Below are positions 13,211-25,080 of a DNA stretch of 64,000 bases, one piece after another. The position numbers were made by a program, and so were the translations under genes. The stretch comes from Utricularia gibba (Eukaryota > Plantae > Magnoliophyta). The stretch lies in assembly GCA_002189035.1 (NCBI GenBank), contig NEEC01000004.1:3596001-3660000 (forward strand). The letters run 5' to 3'. The number at the start of each line of letters is the position of its first letter. Positions within the stretch are counted from its first letter, which is position 1. The notes under the pieces are model-generated. The model had not been told where the DNA came from. It ran no database searches and was given only the letters and a program-made list of their open reading frames with translations.

Positions 13211-14370
13211 TGATAAACGAAAAATTGTACAAGTCGTTAATTGCAAATTTTCCTATCAAATAAATTTATAACCTAACCCACATTCAAGTATAAAACAATT
13301 ATGAGCATAGTGATTAGGGTCGAACACGAAGAGCAGGTGCTTGTCAAGTGATTAGCCAAAGCATGAAATCAGTGTCATGTTGGTAAAATTGGTCTTAACT
13401 AGGACTAACTCAGGACTACAACGAAATACAGTAAAGAAAAGTAACAAGTTTGGATTCGATAGTTTCTGGAATGGAATGGGTGATACCTTGGAACTCTTAA
13501 GGGATGTATGCATATCACTAAACAAGCTCACATAAATCAAAAATCATTCAACTAACTCACAAGATCTAGGTCTACCCAGATTCTTGTTTTTCCCCCTAAT
13601 CTTTGGTCTACCTCTAATTAGGGTTGTTAGTTGGGTTTCACTACTTCCCCTCCTGGATCTATCCTGCTTTGTTAAGGAAGTAGTGTGACTTATGATTTAT
13701 TAGGTCTAAGGATGGATTAGCATATTTCTCCTCTTCTCACCCCAAGGCATCCCCCTGTAAGTGCTTAGCTACTCATGGTAATGGAAAGTAAAACATCTTC
13801 ATAGCAGATACTGAGCAATATCTTGGCTACAAATGCTAAACAACAACGAGCAATATGAAGCAAAAGTAGGACAAACACTTCGTTCACATAGGAAATCCAA
13901 ATCTAGTCTTAGCTAGGAATAGTAAACATGAAGAACGAAAATAATTTTTCAAGAGAAGCTGTGTTCTTCTAGTTCGTCGTCCCCTCCTTCTTCTTCTCTT
14001 AGAAAAATCTCCAGAAACTTCTCTTGAAATCTCCAAAGGGAGATCTCCTTCTCTCTCCAACTTTCCTCCATTTTTGTTCAAAATCTTCCTTTTTCACCTC
14101 CTTGGACTTTGTGTGTACTCTTCTTCAAACTTCTGTCACCTTTCCTGCCACCACACTATTCATACTCGGCTCCCTTGGATTTGTGTTGCGACCCATGCTG
14201 CACTACTCGAAAGGAACTGTTAGAATTGCGATTTAGTCCCAACTAAGACTAAAAGTGCACTCCTACAATACTTATGTGCAAAAATATAGAAACAGGCAAT
14301 TAAGCTTACTTTTTGTAGCATAAAATGAGTAAATTCCATGCATTGAGCCACTAAAAAATGTGTTATCACA
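13211..14370 (-). mobile_element. LTR D: 3' LTR of element 1 and also the 5' LTR of the last array unit
   Basis: PBS and gag lie on its left and the element 3' internal region on its right. It differs from LTR E only by one C in a C-run near 13647. The terminal inverted repeat TGATAAC...GTTTATCA suggests the true end may be 14368. Confidence 0.92.
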
Positions 14371-15232
14371 TTATGCTACAACGACACTAGACTTGTCCTC
14401 AAGTCCTAACTAAAACTAATAGGAGGTAAATAGTCAATGAATCTCGTACAGAGCGATGTGGATGCTTAACATTCAGCTAAAAACGCATGAGTTGTAGGGT
14501 GCTAGTGTGCATGGGAGGGTGTCACTCAAGCATACATGACAATTTCATCTTGAAAGGTGCATTCGAAGATGAAATGAGCAAAAATGGCATGTGCTTACCT
14601 CCAAAGAGTGCTGATTGTCACTACTGTTTTTCTTTTCTTTTCTTTTCATTCTCTCTTTTCCCCCTTTTTTTTTCCTACAGAGATCGACACCAGGGGAATT
14701 TAGAGTTCAACTCAGGTAAACTGTTGCTTCCCCTCTTTGTATGAGACTGTGGGCAATGCACTCTCCTCCTTATTCCTCCAGGGGTGCATTCTACTCCTCT
14801 GAGTTGTTCTTATGACCTCCCTGTGCTCTTTACTCTGCTGTCTACACACGCTTTTTTGTTGTATGTTGCTTTTCAAGACTTGGGTCTCATCGCTTTTCTG
14901 TTGATGATGCTTTTCTTTTTTTGACCCATTTGTTTTTGCTATCTACAAATTTTGTGACTAGTCCCCCATGAAAAATCAACACATGCCAATCTACTAAAAA
15001 AAAATCTTGAATGCACCAATCTGACTACATTTAACATGTTGCTATCTCACAAAAATAATAGAAGGGAAAACATGCTCACTGGTTTATAAACTGGCCATAA
15101 CAAAACTCCTGCATTTCGTGCATCATGAAAAACATCCCATGCTTGTACGAAATTCCTCAACCATTCACAAAATCCTCTTGACCACAATGCCGTACTACCA
15201 AATTACTCCTAATTTAGACTAATGCCATAAAG

Positions 15233-15255
15233 ATAAAAATAAACATAAAAATAAA

Positions 15256-15286
<31 letters not shown>

Positions 15287-15312
15287 TAAAATAAAAATAA
15301 AAATGAAAATAA
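15233..15312. repeat. (AATAAA/TAAAAA)n low-complexity tract in the element-1 3' UTR
   Basis: Directly visible repeat just downstream of the env-like ORF stop. Confidence 0.85.
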
Positions 15313-15333
15313 AGATGAGGCATTGCAACGATG

Positions 15334-17126
15334 TTACTTGATCAGGGAGGAGTCCTTCACTCCCTGTTTCAGTTCTTTCACTTCCCTTAACAAATCCTCA
15401 AGTCTGTCATAAACCATGTCAATTTGCTCTTTGCAGCAGCAGCCCTTTTCTTTCGTTCGGTTTGTGAGTGTTTGAGTAGAATTTCCTCCCTTTTCCTTCA
15501 ATGGGGGTTCTTTCCTGCATAACCCTGCAAGAGACCTAAAGACAAACCCACTCCCTCGTGCCTGAATTAGTCCTGAAGTCTTAAGGAAATGAGCATTTAA
15601 AGGGACAATTTTTTGTTCAACATGAAACAATGTCAATTCTGTGATCCTATCCGCACACAGCACTCTAGCTAAGAATGTGACTACATTACCGAATCTGAGC
15701 TGATTGATGGTTCTACGCCTGTAGTCACGGTTCATCTGTTCTGCTAAAATTGCACCTAGGTTCAAAGATTTTTTGTGCAGAAGACACCACATAACAAACA
15801 GCTCACGCTTATACGAGGAATTGAACCCTATAACACGTCCGAACAGAACAGCAGAAATTAAGAGATGAACATATCTCGTGGCAGGATCAGTGAATAAATC
15901 TGCCTTGGTGCCCTTAGATTTAAACTCGATGACAAACTGATCAGTCAACAATCCATACACCTCCTCAGCATCAAACTCATCAGGATAATCAAATAATGAT
16001 GTAGCAAAAGCATGCGAGTTCACATCATGTTCTGAGCAGAATCCTAGCACAACATTCCATTCAGCAAGAGAGAACGAAAACTCTTTTCCTAGCAATCTAA
16101 ATGTCACAGCAGCAGGTGTCAAAACTGTCTCAGGTTTTTCAAATAAAAAGGTAGCAGCAAATTCATAGGTTAACTCGACATATGCAAGGTAGTTCATGTC
16201 ACACAATAATAACAGATTCGTGCCCTCCAACATAGAATAAACATTCTCAACAATTCCTAATTCAACTAAAATTTCATAATCAATTATATGACTATGTGTG
16301 ATTTATGTTTCTCCTCTCCTGCATGTTTTCCTGAACTTAAAAACAATGGAACCAGGTTAGGTAGATATTTCTCCCATTTTGTCTCAATTTCTACTTCAAC
16401 ATCCTCTTCCTTGTCCAACTCTTCTGCCTCTTGTTCAGGTTCTATTGTTTTCTTGGTTTTACTCCTCATCCTTCTTGCAACAAGGCCTCCATCACCATAT
16501 TCTTCAGTCATTGTTGCAACGTCTGTTGTTGCTTCTTCTCCTCCCTGTTGAACTTGCTCTTGAGTGCTGGGTTACACCTCTATTTCTCTAGCCACTTCTT
16601 CCATCTTTTCTGAAGTGTCCTCAGCACTTGCTGTCATCATTTCCACTTCGGGATTCGTCTACTCCATTTCGTCTACCATGATCTTTTCTGTTGTTGCCTG
16701 TTTGGTGGTTTCTGTTGGCTTCCTTTGGGCCTTTCTCCCTGTCTTTTTCTTTTGATAAACAATCTTCGGTTGCTTATCAGGTGCCTCCTCCATGACCAGT
16801 TTTCCTTTTCCCTTGTAACTCTTCCTCAATGCTTGCAATTTCTGTTGGAGGTCAGGACTAGCAGGAGACTTTAATCGTGGGCTTCTCCTTTCCATCACTG
16901 GAGTTCCTCCTGCTTTCAGAGAGGAAGTTCCACCCGATTTTGATGCATGCCGGAGAGCTTCCACACCCTGAAACGCTTCTTCAGCTGAGGTTGCGACTCT
17001 GGTTTGTTCCTGGTTAGGAGTAATAGTGACTGCCTTTTCAGTTTTCTTGCGTTTGCTGCTTTCAGCAGCGATCTTTCTGTCCGATTTTGCAGCAGCAGCA
17101 CTCTGATGTTGGTGTTTTGCAAGCAT
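15334..17126 (-). pseudogene. Athila extra 3' ORF (env-like / putative plant transposon protein), about 600 codons with 3 in-frame stops
   Basis: ORFs 16659-17162, 16284-16511 and 15334-16233 share one frame. YVELTYEF and FRLLGKEFSFSLAEWNVVLGF motifs are also seen in the element-2 counterpart. Confidence 0.75.
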
Positions 17127-17460
17127 CTTGTGAGATAATTTTTCTGCAACCCTCAAGAACACGATGAAGAGTTTTGAAACAAAGTGAACGTTACAAAGTA
17201 ATTTACCCCCAAATTTTCAAAAGGGTTTGGGGGCAGTTCTGTAAAATCCTAACAGTTAGTCACAACCCTTGTACTTTACTTTCCTATAACCGCAATGCAA
17301 CTCCCCCATTTTGCAAAAGGAACACGACACAGATTCTCCAAAATTACTTCTAGCTAAGTCTAAAAATGCAGAAGTAAAATAACAAGAAAATAAAACTAAC
17401 AGAAATTAAACTTGGGTTGCCTCCCAAGAGCGTCCTTGTTTTTAGTCCTGGACTAGACTT

Positions 17461-20400
17461 TCAGCAAATTCTACGTCGTTTCCATTTTAGAAATTCAACT
17501 TCTTCAGCAAACCTGTTTTGAAGATTTTCATAAAAAATCTTCAACCTATGTCCATTCAAAATAAAACTTGTGTTAGTCCCTCCATCATAAACCTCTACTG
17601 TTCCGTTTGGGAAAACTTCTTTCACTACAAATGGTCCAGTCCAACGAGATTTGAATTTCCCTAGGTGTAACTTCAGTCTGGATTGAAACAGCAACACTTT
17701 TTGACCAACTTCGAAGGACCTCCTGGAAATATGCTTGTCGTGGTAACTTTTAGTCCTTGCTTTGAATAACTTTGAGCTTTCGTATGCATCATTTCTCAGC
17801 TCTTCCAGTTCTGAGAGCTGCAATTTTCTTTGGCTTGCACTAAGACTTTCATCAAGGTTTAGCCTCTTCACTACCCACCAGGCCTTGTGCTCTAATGCAA
17901 CAGGTAACCTGCAGGGTTTTCCATAAACTAGCCTGAATTAAGAGGTCCCAATTGGTGTTTTATACGCTGTTCGGATTGCCCATAAAGCATCCCTCAGTCT
18001 AAGACTCCAGTCCTTCCTGTTCGGGTTTACCACTTTCTCTAAAATCTGTTTAATCTCCCTGTTTGATACCTCCGTCTGGTCATTTGTTTGTGGATGGTAT
18101 GCTGTTGATGGCTTGTACCAAACGTTGAACTGCTTCAATACACTTCTCAAGGCCTGATTATAAAAATGCGTACCTTGGTCACTAATCAGCGCCTTGGGAG
18201 TCCCATATCGCACAAAAATGTTATTACGCAGAAAATTTATCACTGTCTTTGCGTCATCTGTCCTGGTAGGAATGGCTTTAATCCACTTTGAGACGTAATC
18301 AACAGCTACTAAAATATAGTTGTAGCCTGCAGAAGTAGGGAATGGCCCCATAAAATCAATGCCCCAAACATCAAATAATTCACATATCAGGATTCCTTGC
18401 TGAGGCATTTTGTCCCAATTGGATAAATTTCCCACTCTTTGGTATGGCTCACAACCCTTGCAATAAGCGTAACAGTCTCTGAAGATGTGAGGCCAGTAGA
18501 ATCCACAGTCTAAAATTTTCCTGGCTGTACGGTTTGGTCCATGATGGCCACCAAACGGTCCTGCATGACAAGAATTGATAATTTTAGGAATTTCAAACTC
18601 ATGAACACACTTTCTAATGACACCATCATTGCATCTCTTCCAAAGGTAAGGATCGTCCCAAATATAATATTTGGCGTCACTCTTCAGTTTGTTCTTCATG
18701 TGATAATCAATTCCCGGCGGCATCACTCCTGCTGAAACAAAGTTAGCCAAGTCTACAAACCACGGTTCACGAATATTAGTCCTAACTAAGAATAATTGTT
18801 CATCCGGAAATGTTTCAGTGATAGGACTATTATTCTTCAGCCCTTTCATCCTGCTGAGATGGTCAGCGACCATGTTCTCTTTCCCAGGTCTGTCTTTAAT
18901 TTCCACATCAAACTCCTGAACAAGGAGAACCCATCTGATCAATCGTGGTTTGGTCTCCTTCTTCTCCATCAAATGTTTTACTGCTGAATGGTCTATGTAG
19001 ACCACAACTTTGCTCCCGAGAAGATAGGAACAAAATTTCTCCAAAGCAAAAATCACAGCTAAAAATTCTCTTTCAGTCACAGTGTAATTTTTCTGGGCAT
19101 CATCTAAAGTTTTGGAAGCATAAGAAATAACATGATGTTTCCCTTCAATTTTCTGTCCTAAAACCGCCCCTACAGCATGGCTACTAGCATCACACATAAT
19201 TTCGAAATCATACCTCCAGTTTGGTGGTTGAATCACAGGAGTAGTAGTCACAGCCTCTTTTAAGCAATTAAAAGCATTTTTGCATGAATCATCAAAAATA
19301 AATTCCACATCATTATGCAAAAGTCTACTAAGAGGCAAGGCAATCTTAGAAAAATTCTGAATAAATCTTCTATAAAAACCAACATGTCCCAGAAATGATC
19401 TCACACCTTTAACATCAATTGGATACGGTAACTCAGTCATAATTTCGATTTTTGTTTTGTCTACCTCAATTCCCTTCCTAGAAATAACATGGCCAAGCAC
19501 AATTCCATGATCAACCATAAAATGACATTTTTCAGAATTAAGAACAAGATTTTTTTCAACACATTTTCGCAAAACCTAATCCAAATGGTCTAAACATGAC
19601 TCATAATCCTCTCCATACACTGTAAAATCGTTCATAAAAATTTCTATGAAATCCTCACCAAAGTTTGAGAAGATGCTGATCATACACCTCTGGAAGGTAG
19701 CAAGGGCGTTGCACAACCCAAAGGGCATCCTTCTATAGGCATAAGTCCCAAATGGACAGGTAAAAGTAGTCTTATCTTGATCCGTACCTGAAATTGCAAC
19801 TTGGTTATATCCAGAATAACCATCTAAGAAACAATAAAAAGATTTTCTTGCTAATTTTTCGAGCATTTGATCAATGAAAGGTAAGGGGTAATAGTCCTTC
19901 TTGGTCACTTCATTTAATTTCCTATAGTCTATGCATACTCTCCATCCATTTTGAATTCTTTAAGGCACCAGCTCTCCCTTCTCGTTCTCCACCACTGTCA
20001 TACCAGTCTTCTTGCGCACCACATGGATTGGACTCACCCATTCACTGTCTGTGATGGAATAGATAATACCTGCATCATGGAGTTTTACAATTTCCTTCTT
20101 TACCACTTCCATCATATTTAGGTTGAGGCGTCTTTGTGGCTGGCGAACAGGTTTTGCTCCATCTTCTAATAAAATCCTGTGCATACATATAGAGGGAGAG
20201 ATGCCTTCAATATCTGCAAGAGTCCAGCCAATCGCCTTCTTATTCCTTATCAGCACGTCCAATAGTCGCGACTCTTGGTCTAAGCTAAGACTATTTGAGA
20301 TGATAATTGGGTTGTTCATTTCTTCATCCAAGAATGCGTACTTCAGGTGTGTAGGCAGTGGCTTCAGCTTAGCTGTCCTCTCCTCCAGGGTCTTGCCTTG

Positions 20401-22809
20401 CATAGCATTCACTTGTTCTGACCCCTTTTCAGCTTCCATCCTTGCAAAAAATGATTCTTCATGTTCTTCTTCCTTCTCTTGGATAGCCTTCTCAATATGC
20501 TCATCAACCAATTTATCCATCACGTCCACTGAGCATACACTCTCAAAATCACTGGGGTAATTTTTCACTTCCTTCATGTCCAACGTGATCTTTTCTTCAT
20601 CAAAGGATAACTCAATTGTACCCATCTTCACATTAATTATGGCATTGGAAGTGCTCAAGAAGGGTCTTCCAAGGATGATGGTCGTATCCCTTGAACTTCC
20701 AGCAGGCATATTTACCATGTAGAAATCTGCTGGAAACACTAGTTGCTCAATCTTCACAAGAACATCTTCAACCAAGCCCTTTGGAGAAATAACTCTTTGG
20801 TCAGCTAGTTCAATTTGCACTCCTGAGGCTTGTAGAGGTCCTAACCGGAGAGTTTCATATACAGAAAAAGACATCACGTTTATAGAGGCTCCCAGGTCAG
20901 CCATTGCTCTCCTGATGTTCAGGTCACCTATTTTGCAAGGAATAAAAAATGTTCCAGGGTCCTTGCGTTTTTCAGGTAATTTCCAAGTCAAAAGGGCTGA
21001 ATAACTCTCACTCAGCTTCACCTTGCCTTTTTCCTTCAATTTTGGCTTTGACATGCAGAGTTGCTTCAAGTACTTCCGCTCTTGGGCACCAAATCAATAT
21101 ACTCCAGCAATGTCAAATTTAATTGGGTATTTCCCAAGGCTCTCAACATCTTTTCTTTTTCATTTTGCTCTTCTCTTGCCTTCAGCCTTCCTGGAAATGG
21201 TGGTGGGGTCACTTTTACCACGAGAGGTTCAGTAGCAATCTCCACCTCCTGTTCTTCAGCATCTTCTTCCACCTCAACTTTAGACTCTTCTACCGTCTCT
21301 AAATTACTCTTAGGTAGGACTAATTCTCTGCCAGGCTTTTCTTTCCCGCTCCTCAATGTCATTGCGCTGATATTCTGTCCTCCCCCAGAGTTGGGATTCT
21401 GTTTGGCTTGCGATGGTAGGCTTTCTTTTTGCTTCAGCTCCCCAACCTCTGTTGCTAGCTGAGTAACTTGAATTTCCAAATTCTTGATAGCTTGTTGGTT
21501 CTCAGCTTGATTTTTGATTGATTGGGTCATGAAAGTCTTCAAAATATCCTCCAATGAAGTCCCAGAATTTCCTCCTGAATTATTCTGGTTTGGAGGCTGA
21601 AATTGCTGTTGCATCTGCTGGTTTGGCTTGCGAAATGGTGAAGCTTGATAAGAACGTTGCTGCTGCTCCTGGAAATTCTATTGAAATCCTTGCTATCCAG
21701 CTGATGAACTCTCACCCTTGTAAGGATTATCATTGTTACTCCATCTGAAATTTGGATGATCCCTCCATCCAGGATTGTAGGTGTTCGAGTAGAGATCATA
21801 TTTCTTCCTTTGTGGCTCCAAATATCCCATTGCCTTCACATGTTCTTCCTCCATCAATTCGGGACATTTATCAACGATGTGTCCCATTCTGTGGCAGTTC
21901 CCGCAGGGCATATTCTTAGCTTGGAATAAAAAGAGTTCCTTCATCATCTCAGACATGGCTGCCACATTTTTCGTCAGCTCATTTTCTGATGACTTTGGCT
22001 TGTATTCCAGCTCATATACTCTTCTATTCAAGGCCTGTTTTCTGATTATGTGCCTGGAATGCTCAGCCAACTCCTCAAGTAGCGCAAGAGCTTCTGTGGA
22101 AGTTTTTTTTCTCAAAAATCCACCTGTTGCAGAGTCCACCAAGGCCCTATCTATGTATAGAAGACCATCATAAAAATACTTGATCAATGCATTGGTCTGA
22201 AATCCATGGTGTGGACAGGAGCCTAGCAGGTTTTTAAAGCGTTCCCAATATTCATGTAGAGATTCTCCACTTGTTTGCTCAATGTCACTGATCTCCTTCC
22301 TTATTCCTCCAGCTTTTGAAGCAGGGAATTATTTGCTGAGAAATACATTCTTCATCCCACTCCAATCTGTGATACTTCCCGGCTTCAAAGAGTTAAACCA
22401 TGTTTTTGCACTCCCTTCCAGTGTAAATTGGAATGCCCTCAAACAGATGGCATCCTCAGTCATACCAGCACTCTTAAAAGAGGTGCAAACAGCAGTCACG
22501 TTGTCAAGATGTTCATGGGTTCTCACCCACTTTTCCATAATACTTGGGCAGAAAATTAATCATAGCTGGCTTCAATTCGTTGGCTGTGTCATCAGAGAAC
22601 CTAATACACAGCCCTCTGTACGTATGGTCAGCTGCATCAAGCTCATTCAGGGTCTTCTCCTATTCTGCCATATTGAAATTAGTTTGAGCAACAGCAGCGA
22701 GTCTGCTCAACCTTGCTGCTTCTCTCACTCTTGTGCGGTTCTTGCTGATAGTTCTCTCGATTTCTGGATGGAAAACAAGATCACCTACACTAGAAGAACG
22801 CAAATGCAT
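17461..22809 (-). pseudogene. Element-1 gag-pol (gag, aspartic protease, RT, RNase H, integrase), disrupted
   Basis: Motifs MADLGASINVM (PR), YPLPFIDQMLE and MPFGLCNA (RT), [17 protein letters not shown] (RH), [11 protein letters not shown] and WGIDFMGPF (IN). Several nonsense codons and at least one frameshift. Confidence 0.92.
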
Positions 22810-22839
22810 CAACCGAATCACAAAACAATTAAACACCGC

Positions 22840-22857
22840 TCCCCGGAAACGGCGCCA
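22840..22857 (-). other. Primer-binding site complementary to the tRNA-Asp(GTC) 3' end (TGGCGCCGTTTCCGGGGA, 1 mismatch)
   Basis: Lies 3 nt inside the 5' LTR. Matches the recalled plant tRNA-Asp 3' end UCCCCGGCAACGGCGCCA at 17/18. Confidence 0.9.
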
Positions 22858-22860
22858 ATT

Positions 22861-24021
22861 TGATAAACGAAAAATTGTACAAGTCGTTAATTGCAAATTT
22901 TCCTATCAAATAAATTTATAACCTAACCCACATTCAAGTATAAAACAATTATGAGCATAGTGATTAGGGTCGAACACGAAGAGCAGGTGCTTGTCAAGTG
23001 ATTAGCCAAAGCATGAAATCAGTGTCATGTTGGTAAAATTGGTCTTAACTAGGACTAACTCAGGACTACAACGAAATACAGTAAAGAAAAGTAACAAGTT
23101 TGGATTCGATAGTTTCTGGAATGGAATGGGTGATACCTTGGAACTCTTAAGGGATGTATGCATATCACTAAACAAGCTCACATAAATCAAAAATCATTCA
23201 ACTAACTCACAAGATCTAGGTCTACCCAGATTCTTGTTTTTCCCCCTAATCTTTGGTCTACCTCTAATTAGGGTTGTTAGTTGGGTTTCACTACTTCCCC
23301 CTCCTGGATCTATCCTGCTTTGTTAAGGAAGTAGTGTGACTTATGATTTATTAGGTCTAAGGATGGATTAGCATATTTCTCCTCTTCTCACCCCAAGGCA
23401 TCCCCCTGTAAGTGCTTAGCTACTCATGGTAATGGAAAGTAAAACATCTTCATAGCAGATACTGAGCAATATCTTGGCTACAAATGCTAAACAACAACGA
23501 GCAATATGAAGCAAAAGTAGGACAAACACTTCGTTCACATAGGAAATCCAAATCTAGTCTTAGCTAGGAATAGTAAACATGAAGAACGAAAATAATTTTT
23601 CAAGAGAAGCTGTGTTCTTCTAGTTCGTCGTCCCCTCCTTCTTCTTCTCTTAGAAAAATCTCCAGAAACTTCTCTTGAAATCTCCAAAGGGAGATCTCCT
23701 TCTCTCTCCAACTTTCCTCCATTTTTGTTCAAAATCTTCCTTTTTCACCTCCTTGGACTTTGTGTGTACTCTTCTTCAAACTTCTGTCACCTTTCCTGCC
23801 ACCACACTATTCATACTCGGCTCCCTTGGATTTGTGTTGCGACCCATGCTGCACTACTCGAAAGGAACTGTTAGAATTGCGATTTAGTCCCAACTAAGAC
23901 TAAAAGTGCACTCCTACAATACTTATGTGCAAAAATATAGAAACAGGCAATTAAGCTTACTTTTTGTAGCATAAAATGAGTAAATTCCATGCATTGAGCC
24001 ACTAAAAAATGTGTTATCACA
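22861..24021 (-). mobile_element. LTR E: 5' LTR of element 1
   Basis: Adjacent to the PBS and followed by the host ACA9 upstream region. Confidence 0.93.
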
Positions 24022-25080
24022 ATGCTATCGGGATTTTGTCATTTTCCATTTCAACTACTTTTTCATTTTTCTTGGACACTTCTTTTTATTGCTTCAGGTT
24101 GGTTTGGGCAATATTAAACATAATATGAGTTGATGCTGTGACACGGATTATAATAATTAGAAAACAAATTAAGTTTATAAACAATCAAAATTTGACTTAT
24201 CAAAAAATAATAAACAACCAACGTTTAATTTTTTCAATGTTTGACATTCATTTTTATTTTTATAATTTTATGTAATTTTTACATTTAACTTCTTTATAGG
24301 TTAAAGTGAGCAATATATTTGAAAATATTTGATTAAGAGAATCAATAATAATAATAAGTTAATTTTATAAACGAATTGTGTATGAAATTGTTTTTTATAA
24401 TTTTTTCTAAACACAAAGATATTTTACATATTTTTAAAGAGGGGTAGACTTAAAACTTATTTGCCGAAATTTAAAAATATATATATTATCAATGAAGAAT
24501 TAATATAAATAAGAATAAAGTGTAAAATTATCTTTTTATTAATTGGAATTAAACTATCTATTCTAAATATGCATGCTATTTTAAATATATATTGGTAAAT
24601 ATATATATTTTCATTATATACTACCTATTATTTAAATACAAAAAATTAAATATTTAAAATACTCTTTCAAACGCAAACTGTTTATTTTAAAAAAACTCAG
24701 GTAAAATAATCGAGTGTGCCTTAATTGCTGTCTGGAAATTTAAACAATTTTATGAATTAGAAAAAAAAAAAAACGGAGATGCTTCTTCTTCTTCTTTTTT
24801 TGTTTTGTTTTGTTTTAACATGGATTGTGCATGAGACGGCAGGGGCACCCCGCAGATTTGGGGAATGCTGTTTGAACCGTTCGTCATTCCATTTTTCTCT
24901 CGACCGATGCTCTTCACTTCTTCTCTCGTTTCTCTGCAATGCATTCCTCATTTCTTCTCCATCACCTCGACGCTGAACCTTGTTTCTACCACATTTTCAC
25001 CTAGAACAAAACCCATTTCTCCAACGGAGTGGTTGCTCTGTTGATCGGGGGTGCCATCACTCTCGTCTGTGGCCGGCGAT
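24022..25080 (+). promoter_or_regulatory. ACA9-like proximal promoter / 5' UTR (AT-rich, then CT-rich leader); duplicated in each array unit
   Basis: Position between the LTR and the ATG, with a pyrimidine-rich leader at about 24880-25020. The TSS was not determined. Confidence 0.55.

Larger units (their letters stand above)
13211..24021 (-). mobile_element. Full-length Ty3/gypsy Athila-clade LTR retrotransposon (element 1), coding-defective
   Basis: Has two LTRs (13211-14370, 22861-24021), a tRNA-Asp PBS, gag-PR-RT-RH-IN in gypsy order and an extra 3' ORF typical of Athila. The left TSD is not visible because the array replaces the flank. Confidence 0.95.

Noticed and set aside
22840-22857. 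tRNA-like sequence
   Set aside because: It is only an 18-nt PBS. No cloverleaf tRNA gene, rRNA or CRISPR array was seen in the window.
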